Source of the DNA: Auanema rhodensis
Taxonomy: Eukaryota; Animalia; Nematoda
Direction of reading: 5' to 3'
NCBI GenBank assembly: GCA_964057225.1
Contig: OZ059895.1
Coordinates: 6,448,001 to 6,512,000, forward strand
DNA: 64,000 bases
The translations under genes were made by a program, and so were the position numbers. The notes beneath the pieces are model-generated. The model was given only the letters and a program-made list of their open reading frames with translations, made no database searches and was not told where the DNA came from. Below, in pieces: positions 60,732 through 64,000 of the stretch. Position 1 is the stretch's first letter; the number at the start of each line of letters is the position of its first letter.

Positions 60732-63700
60732 TCACAAAGCTCTAGACAAGGGAGAGCGAGTGTAGAAAAGTAGATAGGCTTTCTGTTTTAAAACAGTCTG
60801 TTCTGAACATGCTTTCACAGTGGAATCATTGAAATGATACCAAGATCCATTTCGGCGACCAAAAGTAGTGTAGTGCCCGGACGTAGCTCTGAAAGTATTG
60901 AAAATAAGTATCCCTATAGAATGATGAAAGCTAGTAAAGACGTACCCAGAGCCATGATGCACGACAACTGATGTGAGATCGAATGTCAAAGGGCTAGTAT
61001 GGCTACTCCGCGTTGAAGTCTGCAATGAAAAGTTGAATTTAGTGAGGAATAATACCGTATACCGCCATGAAAGGAGATATATCTAAGCCAGATAAAGGGA
61101 AGTCGACCATATTATCCAGCTTCCCCTTATTAATATCCGTCCATCGAAATCGCTTCAAATGTAAGCACAAAACCTAAAAAATATTGAAGAATTTTTTAAT
61201 CTAGAAAACTCACTAACCGTTGGTAATACCCGTAACATCAACTGTTTTGTGGAAGGCCTCTTGTCCATACAGTGCCCGCACATATACTGTTCACATTGAC
61301 CAAGCTCCTCTTTATCGAAGAACCTACGAATACAATCTGCTAACTGAATATTGCCAATTTGCCCAGAAGTTTCATATATATCTAATGAAAGATCTGAAAA
61401 GAAACAAATTAAAGTCAATAGCCTTATCCCTATGCTGATGCGTTTGAAGAGAACTAAGATGCATACCCATAAATGATTCATGCTTATTACTGGCAGTGTG
61501 GCAGGTTAGGCAAACTACTTGACTTTGAAGAGATCCCTCAAATATTCGGCTAACAGCAGTTGTGGATGGGAGTTGCTCGCCCCCTCCACATGCATATTCT
61601 AGCCATTTGTCCACTGACTCCGGAATTCGACAGCGCTTTAACTCGCAATGCAATCTGTCTAAAGCGCATCGCAGGAATTCATGAGCATCTTGTTGTTGAA
61701 ATCCCCTAAAAACACTAAAATACAATCTCCGGACTACCCATTGAACAAAACCAATCTCCCGAACAATAAAACTTTAAACTATACAACCGCTTCGCGTCGT
61801 TTCTAGTGTGAAAGTGGTGTTGGTTTTAACTGCGTTAATTAGCATAAAAAGTTAAAATAGGACTTGGATGTGCTTAAGTGCACATAAAATCGATTGTTTC
61901 CAACAAGCAAAGGCAAAAGTTTGCTTACCGGAAACGGGGGGAGATTTTCCAAACAGCTTGAAGAAACTCGTCGGGTGAAAGGGCAGAAGCAGCAAATATG
62001 TCAGTAAGAGCAATTAACACTTTTCGGAACTCCTCAGCCAGAAAACTAAAAAAAACAGTGGGTGCTTCAACACTATTTTAAATCGCTTGTATATTACCTA
62101 GAAGATTGCTTCATATCATCATTAATGCCGTTGTTAATATATGAGGCTGCCCGTCTAGTGTTGTAACGCGGAGATGCAATGGGTAAACTGCTATCTTCAA
62201 TGATATCATCATCCGGTTCCAGCATTGGTAATCGCGTTAAATATTCTCGGAATATGTCAGTCACACTATAGAACAGTATATTTCCGAATATATACATGTA
62301 TTATTTCTTTACCAAAGTGCTTGTACCACTGCATTCATGAAACAGGTATTACCCAAATTTCTTAAACCTCGGGGTTTTAATTCTTGCATACAATTTTTTG
62401 AAATCTTGATAGACATAAAGTGATCTTCATTGTTGATTTGCTAAAATCATTCGACTGATCCATATAGATTATCAAAAACGCCTTATCAAACCTTTCGTTT
62501 GCGGGGCCTGAGAAGGCGTCCGCCTACTAAGGCACCGGGTAAATGATTGTGCTGAAAATTAGGGAGCGCCTCTTCTTCAGGAACAGAACCACTATCTTCA
62601 TCTTGATTGTAAAATCTAAACATGACCATTTTGAAACTAATATAGCGTTTACGGTGGGACCTCCCCGATGCAGGTTGTGGAATTATCTCGTCTTCTTCCT
62701 CAGTACCCAAGTCAATACCGTCTTCCGAAGAGTAGGACCCAGATCTTTGCCGGGCAGCATACGAATGATCGAGACATCTATATTGAATCGTAAAATAAAC
62801 TTTAAAAGATTGATGTTTTTTTATAAATGAAGCCGCTGACACGAATACGATCATGAAGAAAGAAGAAAATTACATTGCTTTTTATATTTTAATTTTTTTT
62901 GAATTATACTTCAGCCCTTCATTGGCAAGAATTATATAAATGTATTTTATTATGATAAAATGAATCGTTAAAGTCTGCTTTATTCAGACCAAGAAAAAAT
63001 GTTTCGAAATACCTAGCAATTAACCGCAAATCTTCTTCACTCTCATTTCAGGCTTCAGTATTTAAAAGAATAACACGCATTAAGGATTAATATACCTTGA
63101 CTTGTTTAGAAATATCAAAGATTTGCGAACAGAGTGAACTCGTCCATCTGACGTATCGCCTTCAACAAAGCTATCACAGGAGTAGCTGTAAGAGCTACAT
63201 GAGAAATGCGCTATTTCAGTAATTATTTCAAATTTCATAACCAAAGAATCAAAATAGTAATATCCTACGCTGATTCAAAGCACCTTCATGCAACAGCGGA
63301 AAATATAAACCACAGTTGCGAAAAGCATTGATGATGAGAATCATGTCAAAATTTTGAGTTTACGTACCAAAAAAGTTCGCCCGAATTACATTGCATGGAT
63401 ACACAGTGTCTAGAGTCATGAGATTGCTTTTCTGAAGCATGACTCAGTCCATGCCCTTTAACATATCTTCCACAGAAAATTAAACCGCAGCACAAGCATA
63501 GCCAAGGACTATCCGTTGAATCACAAACAACACAATTCCACTGTACCTTTTCACTAAAACTGACTAAGAATGAAAAAAACACTTGCTGCTCTTACGCTTC
63601 GCCAGAATATGAATGTTTTCTGGTAAGCATACGACTTGATCGACCGGAGTCTTCGCATCCTTCTCGTTTATTTTGAAGCCGACTAAGATCTACCCCGGCG

Positions 63701-63738
63701 ATGATTACAGATTGTGATATATGAGGGCAATCGAGCAT
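60732..63738 (-). CDS. usp-3: Ubiquitin-specific protease with zf-UBP (USP3-like)
   Basis: MLDCPH start; zf-UBP ([16 protein letters not shown]); Cys box [16 protein letters not shown]; QQDAHEF; His box HHGSG..SGHY; AYLLFY. Confidence 0.9.
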
Positions 63739-64000
63739 CACCGATGACCTCTATAACGTTTATATAATTAAAAAAAATATTTAAATAAATAGAAAGAAAC
63801 CGATTATATCGACTGTTCGCGGTTTCCAATAATAACTTAGCACGTGATACCTCAAATGCTTTCTATAAAATTTAAGTTGATACTTTCTAACATGGATAAG
63901 AGAGCAACGAAAATCATATAATACCAAATTGGTGAAATAAATAACAAAGGAAATCATTATGCAAAATTCCAATTATATTAACTATAGTGAGGGCGCAGTA

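Overview
Eukaryotic DNA from an AT-rich nematode. This is inferred from TTTCAG acceptors, many ~45-nt introns and the gene content; a rhabditid is likely but the species cannot be named. Positions 4255-21010 are a full-length, apparently young Maverick/Polinton virus-like transposon. It has 361-bp TIRs starting AGTAGT (identical by eye) and a 6-bp TSD (AAAAAC). It encodes an adenain-like protease, protein-primed PolB, packaging ATPase, minor and major capsid proteins, an integrase and several accessory ORFs. It also carries a class III-like (gB/G-type) envelope fusogen and a spliced, GC-richer cargo gene for an intracellular trypsin-fold serine protease that the ORF track only shows in fragments. 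Less expected features inside the element: a diverged relic of the protease gene at the opposite TIR; a family of 20-50 bp micro-insertions dispersed through ORFs in different reading frames, many flanked by ~10-bp direct repeats; a strand-asymmetric multibranch structure just upstream of the integrase; and an iteron-like array at a divergent promoter beside an HTH gene. The rest is host sequence: a secreted orphan gene, a Cys/Met PLP lyase with intronic tRNAs, prefoldin-3, an Arkadia-like RING-H2 gene, and a tight usp-3/vps-25/TRMT61A cluster. All alignments and structures were read by eye; no searches were run.
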